Source of the DNA: an uncultured Christensenellaceae bacterium
Lineage (GTDB): Bacteria > Bacillota > Clostridia > Christensenellales > UBA3700
Direction of reading: 5' to 3'
NCBI GenBank assembly: GCA_944380295.1
Contig: CALWHE010000003.1
Span: 96,057 to 160,056 of the forward strand
Length of the DNA: 64,000 nucleotides
Every line of letters begins with the position of its first letter. Within the stretch, counting starts at the first letter, position 1. Position numbers and translations under genes: made by a program. Below, piece by piece: positions 56,961 through 64,000 of the stretch. The notes beneath the pieces were generated by a model. That model worked only from the letters and a program-made list of their open reading frames with translations, did no database searches and was not told the DNA's origin.

Positions 56961-56988
56961 AAAAGCGGCGCCGCGGCGCCGCTTTTTT
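56961..56988. terminator. Bidirectional terminator after the glycogen operon
   Basis: AAAAGCGGCGCC-gc-GGCGCCGCTTTTTT. Confidence 0.85.
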
Positions 56989-57024
56989 AATTCGGATCGG
57001 CTGCGCAGAGCGCGCAAAAGGCGT

Positions 57025-57987
57025 TCAGCCCTTGTTTTCTTTGGCGCGGAGCGCCTTTTTGTCGTAGCCTTCCGGCGCGACGGGCAGCGATCTTCCGCCC
57101 ATGAAGTTTATCAGAAATTCCTCCTGCGGCAGCGGCGCGCCCTCGTCCATGTGCTCGTTGACCAGGGCGATCAGGCGCAGAGCGTCTTCTATGCTGTTTT
57201 GGATCATCTCCGGCACGGTGAGGTTGGAAGTTTCGCTGCCGCCCGTCACGGTGGGATATATCCTGCGGTTGAGGTTCATCCAGTCCTGTTTGGCGTATTT
57301 TTTCTTGGGTTTGCGGAAGCCGTAAATATAGGAAGGGTAATTCATGAGCGCGCCCGCCATCATCAAAAGCCCGTATTTGAACGAGTGCTTGTTTTCAAAG
57401 ATACGCTGATATTTGAGCATGCGTCCGGGCAGGGCGAGCAGCTCTTCATAGGGCATGTCCACGCCGTAAATGGGATCTACCGCGCCCGTGAACATGTCCG
57501 CCAGGCACGCGCAGGCGCGCTGTTCGGTTTTGAGGATAAAGTCGCAGTTGCAGCCGGGGTGCTTTTTTTCCAGCTTGTCGCGCTGAATGACGTAATCTAT
57601 GCCCGCTTCCAACATCATGTGCAGGCTCTTGCGGTATTTGGCGGGGAAAAAGCCGTGCATGTATGTCGCCGCGCAGTAAATGACGTAAGGGTGGATGTGC
57701 CTGTCCAGCGTGTAATGGCAGATAAAGCCGTAAAGATAGGCGCGCAGATCCTCTCTTTCGCTCTTTTTCACAAACTCGCACATGCGTTTGAAGATCTCGT
57801 AAGTGCCGCGCGTGTGCGTGATACCCGCATAACCCTTGAATTTGAAAAAGGAATAAAAGAGCAGATCGTTGCCCTGACAGCCCAAATAAAAACAATCGGA
57901 ATAATTTTCCATTATCTCGCGCTCTTTGCCCAAGCTGCGCGAGAGCACTTTTTCCGCCATATAAAAATGCGTCATGTGCGAAGCCAT
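57025..57987 (-). CDS. Zinc-dependent phospholipase C-like family protein (tentative)
   Basis: 320 aa, His-rich N-terminus (MASHMTHFYMAEKVL..., ITHTRGTYE, FICHYTLDRHIHPY) resembling the PLC-like zinc-binding fold. The assignment is from memory only. Confidence 0.45.
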   Translation of the reverse strand: MASHMTHFYMAEKVLSRSLGKEREIMENYSDCFYLGCQGNDLLFYSFFKFKGYAGITHTRGTYEIFKRMCEFVKKSEREDLRAYLYGFICHYTLDRHIHPYVIYCAATYMHGFFPAKYRKSLHMMLEAGIDYVIQRDKLEKKHPGCNCDFILKTEQRACACLADMFTGAVDPIYGVDMPYEELLALPGRMLKYQRIFENKHSFKYGLLMMAGALMNYPSYIYGFRKPKKKYAKQDWMNLNRRIYPTVTGGSETSNLTVPEMIQNSIEDALRLIALVNEHMDEGAPLPQEEFLINFMGGRSLPVAPEGYDKKALRAKENKG

Positions 57988-58066
57988 AATATCTCCCTCT
58001 TTGCCGCAGTATCAAAGCGGCGCTCTTTGCGAAGTTTTCTTCACATATACAGTATAGCATAAGAGG

Positions 58067-58115
58067 GCGGAATTGCAATAGCGGAATTGCAATTATATTT
58101 TTTGTATGCTATAAT
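58067..58115 (+). promoter_or_regulatory. ade promoter with tandem palindrome-containing boxes
   Basis: GCGGAATTGCAAT occurs twice (58067-58079 and 58081-93), the second extending to the palindrome AATTGCAATT. TTGCAA (58087-58092), 17-nt spacer, TATAAT (58110-58115) with an upstream TG. Confidence 0.5.
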
Positions 58116-58121
58116 ATCCTT

Positions 58122-59744
58122 ATGGAAGTTTTTGATAAAGTGTTCAAAAATTGCCGCCTGCTCGACGTGCGCGGCGGCAAGGTGAAAAAAACGGACATCG
58201 CCGTCAAAGACGGGCTGATCGCCGCCGTGGGCGCGGACCTGGGCGCGGGAGAAGACATGGGCGGACTTTATGCGCTGCCCGGGTTTATCGACGCGCACGT
58301 GCACATAGAGAGCAGCCAGCTCACGCCGGCGCGCTTTGCCGAGGCGGTCATGCCATGCGGCACCACCACCGTCATTGCCGATCCGCACGAGATAGCCAAC
58401 GTGTGCGGCATGGACGGCGTGGACTTCATGATAAAAGACGCCGCTTCCACGCCGCTGGAAGTGAAGATGATGATGCCTTCCTGCGTGCCCGCTTCTCCGG
58501 CGGAGAGCAGCGGCGCGGTGCTGGACGCGCAGGCGGTGAAAGACGCGCTCAAACGCGAAGACATCTTCGGTCTTGGCGAAATGATGAATTATCCCGGCGT
58601 GACGGCGGGCGACGCGGACGTGCTGGCAAAGCTGGCGGCGGCGCGCGGGGCGGGCAAACCCATAGACGGACATTTTCCCCTGGGCAGCGGCTTGGAACTT
58701 GCCGCTTACGCCGCTCAGGGCGTGACTTCCGATCACGAGTGCGGCAGCGCGGACGAGGCGCGCGACAAGCTGGCGGCGGGCATGGACGTGTTCATTCGCC
58801 AGGGCAGCGCGGGCAAACAGCTGCTCGACATACTGCCCGCGGTGAACAAGGATAACATCGGGCGTTTTTCCTTCTGCACGGACGACTGCCATGCGGCGGA
58901 CATACTCAACTTCGGACATATAGACCACATCATCGCCACGGCGGTGCAGGCGGGCATGAGCGCGGCGGACGCGGTGCGCATGGCAACGCTCTCTCCCGCG
59001 GAACATTACAAACTCAACTGCGGCGTTCTGGAAGAAGGCAGGCAGGCGGACATCCTTTTCACCATCGATCTGAAAAACTTCAAGCCGCTGGAAGTATACA
59101 AGCGCGGTGTGCTTGTGGCAAAGGCGGGCAAGGCGCTGTTCACGGCGCACTCGCAGGTGCCCGCCAAGGTGCGCAACACCCTGCATATGCCGCCGCTGAC
59201 CAAGGAAAAACTGCAATTAAAGGGCGCGGCGCTGCAATACGCGCTCAAAATAAAAGCCGGCACGCTGAACAAAGAGCAGGTGAAGATAAAAGACGGCTTG
59301 CCCAAGCTGTGCGTGGCGGAAAGGCATAAAAACACGGGCAGAGTGGGCGTGTGCGCGCTTGCCGGATACGGCATAACGGGCGGCGCGGTGGCCGTTTCCG
59401 TTTCCCACGATTCGCACAACGTCATCTGCGCCGGAGATTCGGACAAGGATATGTGCCTGGCGGTAAATTCGCTTTTGCCCATGGGCGGCGGCGTCTGCGT
59501 GGTCGAACAGGGCAAAGCGGCGCTTTCTCTGCCGCTGCCCGTGGCGGGACTGATGAGCGGCCGCCCCGCAGGGGAAGTGGCGCAGACCATGACTCAAATC
59601 AACGAGTTCTGCAAGACCCGCCTGCATGTGAGCGTGGACGCCGAACCCGTGATGACTCTGTCTTTTTTGGCGCTCACCGTGATCCCGCATATCTGCCTGA
59701 CCGACCGCGGACTTTTTGACGTGGACACCTTCTGCTTGATTTAG
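58122..59744 (+). CDS. ade: Adenine deaminase (amidohydrolase superfamily)
   Basis: GFIDAHVHIESS, GTTTVIADPHEIANV, FCTDD, SHDSHN. 540 aa. Confidence 0.88.
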   Translation: MEVFDKVFKNCRLLDVRGGKVKKTDIAVKDGLIAAVGADLGAGEDMGGLYALPGFIDAHVHIESSQLTPARFAEAVMPCGTTTVIADPHEIANVCGMDGVDFMIKDAASTPLEVKMMMPSCVPASPAESSGAVLDAQAVKDALKREDIFGLGEMMNYPGVTAGDADVLAKLAAARGAGKPIDGHFPLGSGLELAAYAAQGVTSDHECGSADEARDKLAAGMDVFIRQGSAGKQLLDILPAVNKDNIGRFSFCTDDCHAADILNFGHIDHIIATAVQAGMSAADAVRMATLSPAEHYKLNCGVLEEGRQADILFTIDLKNFKPLEVYKRGVLVAKAGKALFTAHSQVPAKVRNTLHMPPLTKEKLQLKGAALQYALKIKAGTLNKEQVKIKDGLPKLCVAERHKNTGRVGVCALAGYGITGGAVAVSVSHDSHNVICAGDSDKDMCLAVNSLLPMGGGVCVVEQGKAALSLPLPVAGLMSGRPAGEVAQTMTQINEFCKTRLHVSVDAEPVMTLSFLALTVIPHICLTDRGLFDVDTFCLI

Positions 59745-59747
59745 AGG

Positions 59748-59910
59748 ACGTCGTGCAAGGCGGAAGCGCTGCGGGCGCTGCACCGCGCCTTTCCGCCCTC
59801 TCACAACAAGATGCGCCTTGACAATATGTTTACGTCGGGCAAGGCGGAAGCGTTGCGGGCGCTGCACCGTGCCTTTCCGCCCTCTCACAACAAGATACGC
59901 CTTGACAATA
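59748..59910 (+). repeat. Tandem repeat family A, 84-bp unit, about 1.9 copies
   Basis: A1 is 59748-59831 and A2 is 59832-59910 (4 mismatches over 79 nt). Each carries the core GTCG(T/G)GCAAGGCGGAAGCG and a TTGACA hexamer. Confidence 0.9.
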
Positions 59911-59943
59911 CCGCAAGAGTATTGCCTGCGGCGCCTCTTGCCG

Positions 59944-60270
59944 CGATAGGACGAAAAAACCCGGCGGATCGCCCGTATCGCTTCCGCCTTGCCCGACAAG
60001 GGGAGTTGCGGGAAAAGAAAGCGCGAGTAGTTTTATGCTGCGATAGGACGAAAACCCGGCGGATCGCCCGTATCGCTTCCGCCTTGCCCGACAAGGGGAG
60101 TTGCGGGAAAAGAAAGCGCGAGTAGTTTTATGCCGCGATAGGACGAAAAACTCCGGCGGATCGCCCGTATCGCTTCCGCCTTGCCCGACAAAGGGGAGTT
60201 GCGGGAAAAGAAAGCGCGAGTAGTTTTTTGCCGCGACAGGACGAAAAAAACCGGCGTCGGTCGGGCAAGG
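59944..60270 (+). repeat. Tandem repeat family B, ~96-bp unit, 3 copies plus a partial fourth
   Basis: Units start at 59944, 60041, 60136 and 60234 (CGA(T/C)AGGACGAAAA...). Each full unit contains CGCTTCCGCCTTGCCCGAC, the exact reverse complement of the family-A core. The array ends with GTCGGGCAAGG (60260-60270) next to the RBS. Confidence 0.9.
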
Positions 60271-60284
60271 TAAAGGAGGGGAAA

Positions 60285-61061
60285 ATGGCTGTTATCAAGG
60301 AGAGCAAGGGCGCGCGCCCGGCGATGGCGGCGTTTTTTGTCATCGGGGTCTTGCTGCTCTGCGCCGCCGTGGGGCTGGGCGTTTATTTTGCCGCGGATTC
60401 GGCAAACAAGGCGGAGGTGCAAGCCGTGATCACGCAGATAGAACCTTATACTGACGATGACGGCGAACGGCAATATGATGTTTATGTGGATTTTGAGCAC
60501 GGCGGGGAAAAATACGAGCATGTGCGCATAAATTTTTGGCAGACGGGCATGCGCGTGGGCGAGATCGTTACTTTGGAGATAAACGCGTCCGATCCCACGG
60601 GCATGGGCATACCCAAGTTTGCCAAGACGGCGATCCCCTGCGTGTTGGCTCTCTTCGGCGCGGTGTTCGCCCTCGCGGGCGGCGTGCAGCTGTTCAAGGA
60701 TTTGAAAAAGCGCAGACGCGCCCTGCAAGCCAAGGCAAACGGCAGGGCGGTGCCGTGCGTGGTGACCGCCGTTTATCCGGACACGTCAATGAGCGTGAAC
60801 GGCAGATTTCCCAACAATCTTTTGGAGTGCGTGCCGGCAGACAAGAGCATGGTTGCCGTTTATGTCAGCGCGCCCTTTGCCGCGCATTATCCCGTGCAGA
60901 TCGCAAGCGGCATAACCGTGTTTATCGGCAGGGAAGATCCGGGCGAATACTATGTGGATCTTGCCTCGCTCACACCGCCCGAAGAGGGCGAGGCGCCGCC
61001 GAACGGCACGCGGGAGGTGCCGGGCGCGGTCTTCTCCGATGAGCGCGTCACTTACGAATAA
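60285..61061 (+). CDS. Two-TM membrane protein, function unknown (possibly DUF3592-like)
   Basis: RBS AAAGGAGGGG. TM1 MAAFFVIGVLLLCAAVGLGVYF, a soluble segment of about 85 aa, TM2 IPCVLALFGAVFALAGGVQLF, then a C-terminal domain of about 110 aa. Confidence 0.5.
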   Translation: MAVIKESKGARPAMAAFFVIGVLLLCAAVGLGVYFAADSANKAEVQAVITQIEPYTDDDGERQYDVYVDFEHGGEKYEHVRINFWQTGMRVGEIVTLEINASDPTGMGIPKFAKTAIPCVLALFGAVFALAGGVQLFKDLKKRRRALQAKANGRAVPCVVTAVYPDTSMSVNGRFPNNLLECVPADKSMVAVYVSAPFAAHYPVQIASGITVFIGREDPGEYYVDLASLTPPEEGEAPPNGTREVPGAVFSDERVTYE

Positions 61062-61146
61062 GCCGCGGAAAAAGCCTTGCGCCGCTTCTGCTCCTGCGGC
61101 GCGGTGAAAAGGCGGGGCAGGGAAGCCCGCAGCGATACGGCAAAGT

Positions 61147-61180
61147 AAAAAAACAAGACCGCCGAACGGCGGCCTTTTTT
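61147..61180. terminator. Bidirectional terminator between convergent membrane-protein genes
   Basis: AAAAAAACAAGACCGCCG-aa-CGGCGGCCTTTTTT. Confidence 0.75.
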
Positions 61181-61195
61181 GTGAAAGCGCTTTTA

Positions 61196-61840
61196 TCATT
61201 CCTGCGCGTTTTTCTTCTCTTCGTCCTCTTGCTTGGAGGCGCTTTCCTTGCCCTCTTCCGCGCTTTCCGCGTCTTCCTGCGCGCTCTCCTGTGCGGGAGC
61301 GGCTTTTTTGCCCTTTATCTTGGCGAGGATCACCTTGATGAGGTCGATGTTTTTCACCGTGCAATAGGTGCTCAGAATGGGCACGACCAGGAACACCGCC
61401 CCCATCAGAGAGCCCAAAACAAAGATGGTGTAATAAGCGCCGGGCGTTTTGAAGATGTCCATCATGTCGTCCGCTATCATGTTCACCATGTCAAAGTCCA
61501 AAATCCCGCCCGCACGGAAAAAGCAGAGGATAAAGGTCAAAAACAGCGGAATGGTCAGGATGGTGCTGTATGCGCAGAAAATTATGGAGAGCACGTTGCG
61601 CTTTTTGCCCGAGAGCTGCGCCGCCCAGTTGCTCAAAGAAAGAATGCCTATCATCATGGTGATGACCACTATCACGTATTTGTGGATGATGTGCGGTATC
61701 TTGTCCAGGTAAGTAAGCCCCACGCTTATGCCCGCGTCGTGACCCGCCGTCTGCACCAGCGTGAGCAGCCCCCAGATGTTAAAGGCTATGCCCACCGCCA
61801 GCAGCACGCCTTGGATAACGCGTTTTTTCTCAACTGCCAT
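61196..61840 (-). CDS. Polytopic membrane protein with an acidic C-terminal tail, function unknown
   Basis: 214 aa, about 5 TM helices. C-terminus KKAAPAQESAQEDAESAEEGKESASKQEDEEKKNAQE. RBS GGGAGAAGAG. Confidence 0.55.
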   Translation of the reverse strand: MAVEKKRVIQGVLLAVGIAFNIWGLLTLVQTAGHDAGISVGLTYLDKIPHIIHKYVIVVITMMIGILSLSNWAAQLSGKKRNVLSIIFCAYSTILTIPLFLTFILCFFRAGGILDFDMVNMIADDMMDIFKTPGAYYTIFVLGSLMGAVFLVVPILSTYCTVKNIDLIKVILAKIKGKKAAPAQESAQEDAESAEEGKESASKQEDEEKKNAQE

Positions 61841-61858
61841 TGCTCTTCTCCCGCAGTT

Positions 61859-62800
61859 TTATTTTTTGAGCGCGATAACTTGTTTGCAGCGCTCCGTTAT
61901 GTCGGATACGTTCATGCCGTAAACTTGGGAAAGATAGGGCATTTTGCCCACTTCGCCGAACTTGTCGTTCACGCCCACGGAGAGCACCGGCACGGGGCAG
62001 CCCGCGCACACCGCTTCCGTCACGGCGGAGGTCAGACCGCCGCAGGTATTGTGGTTTTCCGCCACCACGAGGGCGCCGCTCTCCCTTGCCGCTTCCAGCA
62101 CTGCCTGCCTGTCCAGCGGCTTCCAGGTGTAAGTGTTCAGCACGCCCGCGCTTATGCCTTCTTTTTCCAGTTGCGCCGCCGCTTCCAGGGCGCGGCTGAC
62201 CATGATGCCGGAGGCGATGACGGTCACGTCTTTGCCCTTTTTCAGGCTGCGCGCCTTGAAAAGATCGAAGTGCTCGCCCTCTTCAAACACCTTTTCCGTT
62301 TTTTTGCGGAACAGTCTGATATAAACAAGCCCTTTATAGGCGGCTATCTGCGGCATGAGCGACTTCAACATGGCGCCGTCGGTGGGCTCCACGCACACGC
62401 AGCCGGGAATGAGGCGCATGATGCCCATGTCCTCAAAGGGCATGTGCGTGCCGCCGTTCACTTCCGCGCTGATGCCGGGGTCCGTGCCCACTATCTTCAC
62501 GTTTTGTTTGCTGTATGCCACGGAGATGAAGATCTGATCGTAACACCTGCGCGTGGCAAAGGGCGCAAAAGAGGAGATGAAGGGCACTTTGCCGCAGGTG
62601 GAAAGCCCCGCCGCAATGCCCACCATGTTGGCTTCGGCAATGCCCACGTTGAAAAACCGCTGCGGATACGCCGCCTTGAAGCGGTCGGTCTTGATGCAGT
62701 TCATCAAGTCCGCCTCTATCACCACGATGTCTTTATTGTCCTTGGCAAGCTCGAGCAGACAATCGCAATAAATTTGCCTCATTTCTTTTTCGTCTTGCAT
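61859..62800 (-). CDS. Transketolase, C-terminal (pyrimidine-binding) subunit
   Basis: MQDEKEMRQIYCDCLLELA..., FFNVGIAEANMVGIAAGL. Start ATG 62800-62798 overlaps the stop of the N-terminal subunit gene. The track ORF to 62944 is an over-extension. Confidence 0.88.
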   Translation of the reverse strand: MQDEKEMRQIYCDCLLELAKDNKDIVVIEADLMNCIKTDRFKAAYPQRFFNVGIAEANMVGIAAGLSTCGKVPFISSFAPFATRRCYDQIFISVAYSKQNVKIVGTDPGISAEVNGGTHMPFEDMGIMRLIPGCVCVEPTDGAMLKSLMPQIAAYKGLVYIRLFRKKTEKVFEEGEHFDLFKARSLKKGKDVTVIASGIMVSRALEAAAQLEKEGISAGVLNTYTWKPLDRQAVLEAARESGALVVAENHNTCGGLTSAVTEAVCAGCPVPVLSVGVNDKFGEVGKMPYLSQVYGMNVSDITERCKQVIALKK

Positions 62801-63624
62801 CAGTCCTTCTCCTTTCCGCAAAATTCGCGCCACTGTTCTTCCGTGATGGCAAAGCTGTGCGAGCCTACTTTGCGTGATTCCGCCCAGGGCACGCCGTATC
62901 CCTTCACGGTGTCCATGATCACGGCGGTGCACTTGTCTTTGCACGCCTTGGCGGCGTTTATCGCCTCGTCTATGGCGGCTATGTCATGCCCGTTTATCCT
63001 GATGGTGTTCAGGTTGAAGGCGCGGTATTTGTCGTCCAGCGGATCGAGGGAATTTATCTCGTCCGTATATCCGTCTATCTGCATGCGGTTGTAATCGATA
63101 AAAACGGTCAGATTGTCCAATTTCATGTTGCCCGCATACATCAGCGCTTCCCAGATCTGCCCCTCCTGGCTTTCTCCGTCGCCTATTACGCAATACACGC
63201 GGTAATCCTTTTTGTCCAGCTTGCCCGCCAGCGCCATGCCTATCGCGCAGGAAAGCCCCTGTCCCAGACTGCCCGCCGTCATGTCCACGCCCACCGTTTT
63301 GTTCATGTCGCAGTGGGAGGGCAGATGGGTGCCGCCCTTGTTCAGCGTTTGTATCTCTTCCATGGGGAAGTATCCCTTGCTTGCCAAAACGGCGTAAAGT
63401 CCCGGTCCGGCGTGACCTTTGCTGATGACCACTCTGTCCCTGTCCGGATCGGAAGGGTTTTTCGCGTCCATGTTGCCGGCGTTGTAATATATGTCCGTCA
63501 AGAGATCGATTATGGAAAGAGAACCGCCCACATGGCCGCTCCCCAGCCTTCCTATCATCTCTATGGTGATCTTGCGGATATCCTTTGCTTTGTTTTGCAA
63601 AAATTCGAGTTTTTCCTTGTCCAT
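62800..63624 (-). CDS. Transketolase, N-terminal (TPP-binding) subunit
   Basis: GHVGGSLSIIDL, SKGHAGPGLYAVL, GDGESQEGQIWEA. 274 aa. Confidence 0.88.
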   Translation of the reverse strand: MDKEKLEFLQNKAKDIRKITIEMIGRLGSGHVGGSLSIIDLLTDIYYNAGNMDAKNPSDPDRDRVVISKGHAGPGLYAVLASKGYFPMEEIQTLNKGGTHLPSHCDMNKTVGVDMTAGSLGQGLSCAIGMALAGKLDKKDYRVYCVIGDGESQEGQIWEALMYAGNMKLDNLTVFIDYNRMQIDGYTDEINSLDPLDDKYRAFNLNTIRINGHDIAAIDEAINAAKACKDKCTAVIMDTVKGYGVPWAESRKVGSHSFAITEEQWREFCGKEKD

Positions 63625-63907
63625 AAGACTCCTCGCGGCCGGAGCGGCTCACTTGCTCCGCGCATATTTATATTACAATAAAAGGGGAAGTCTTGGCAAT
63701 GATTTTCCGCTTGTTTTCGCCAAATCTCCGCAACTTTTTTGCGCGCCTTCCCTGCGCGCCGCGCCGCGGAAAATCTGCTTGCGCGGGCATATGTTCGGCT
63801 GCACGCATGCTCGTCTGCGCAAATGCGCAAAAAAGGCAAAAGTTTGCTCCGCACAGAAAAACAGATGAAAATATGCGCCTGCGCGCAGGCTTTTGAACGA
63901 TTATTTG

Positions 63908-63936
63908 TTGCAAGGCGCGCGGCTTTGTGTTACAAT
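63908..63936 (+). promoter_or_regulatory. Candidate sigma-A promoter near the window end
   Basis: TTGCAA (63908-63913), 17-nt spacer ending TGT, TACAAT (63931-63936). Confidence 0.5.
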
Positions 63937-63965
63937 GTTTACTATCAGATAAAAAGAGGTAGTTT

Positions 63966-64000
63966 ATGTTACTGAGCAAACTTGTGTGCGAAAGGACCAA
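63966..64000 (+). CDS. Possible start of an unidentified gene running off the window end
   Basis: AGAGG RBS, then ATG 63966 (MLLSKLVCERT...). Only 11 codons are visible, so no function can be assigned. Confidence 0.3.
   Translation, partial: MLLSKLVCERT

Noticed and set aside
59745-60284. The repeat array as a CRISPR locus
   Set aside because: The units are contiguous, at 84 and about 96 bp, with no unique spacers between short repeats. No cas genes or leader are in the window. The periodicity and unit length do not fit CRISPR architecture.
59811-60343. Small ORFs through the repeats encoding recurring SGKAEA(I/L)RA(I/L) peptides on both strands
   Set aside because: The recurrence simply reflects the same 19-nt core read in both orientations. 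The ORFs lack RBSs, overlap each other on opposite strands, and are R/K-rich junk outside the core. A coding role seems unlikely, but it cannot be excluded without ribosome profiling.
58041-63094. ORFs 58041..59216 (-), 59217..59999 (-) and 61181..63094 (+, 637 aa)
   Set aside because: They are antisense to adenine deaminase, to the repeat array, and to the membrane-protein and transketolase genes. They show strongly biased composition and no motifs.

Overview
This 64-kb chromosomal window looks like a high-GC (about 60% by eye) Firmicutes/Clostridia-type genome. That taxon guess rests on glgD, ECF transporters, lipoprotein lipoboxes and sigma-A-type promoters. All calls come from reading the six-frame translations and recalling family motifs; no BLAST or HMM search was run.

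Gene content from left to right:
- A sufC / SufB-D pair (minus strand; the SufB/D gene runs off the window start).
- An ECF sigma factor, a membrane anti-sigma factor and an acidic lipoprotein.
- A GH20 hexosaminidase and an esterase.
- A seven-gene operon at 8.1-15.4 kb, behind a ~215-nt structured leader. It encodes a YgbA-like Cys-rich protein, a lipoprotein, a CydD/CydC-family exporter pair, an MptD/Trep_Strep-like S component, EcfT and a fused EcfA-A'.
- AraC, PHP and GNAT genes.
- A ~24-kb low-GC island (17.7-42.1 kb; roughly 30-45% GC by eye). It is one tightly packed 22-gene plus-strand glycan operon.
  - It encodes three complete nucleotide-sugar pathways: UDP-ManNAc3NAcA (WbpA/B/E/D/I-like), GDP-D-glycero-alpha-D-manno-heptose (GmhA/HddA/GmhB/HddC) and dTDP-L-rhamnose (RfbABCD).
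  - It also encodes a phosphoglycosyl transferase, seven glycosyltransferases, Wzy and Wzx.
  - It contains unusual fusions: HddC-Wzx, RfbC-RfbD and GmhB with a GT2-like tail.
- A fused MacB-type ABC transporter and an ABC-F ATPase.
- A glgB-C-D-A-P plus GH13 glycogen operon.
- A phospholipase-C-like protein and adenine deaminase.
- A ~540-bp tandem/inverted repeat array, two membrane proteins and a split transketolase.

Most worth following up:
- The exporter-plus-ECF-importer operon and its leader.
- The mosaic glycan island and its fusion proteins.
- The repeat array upstream of the 60285 membrane-protein gene.
- An 18-nt element shared by the sigma and lipoprotein upstream regions.

Many long ORFs in the track lie on the strand opposite real genes. 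They are GC-driven shadows and were rejected.
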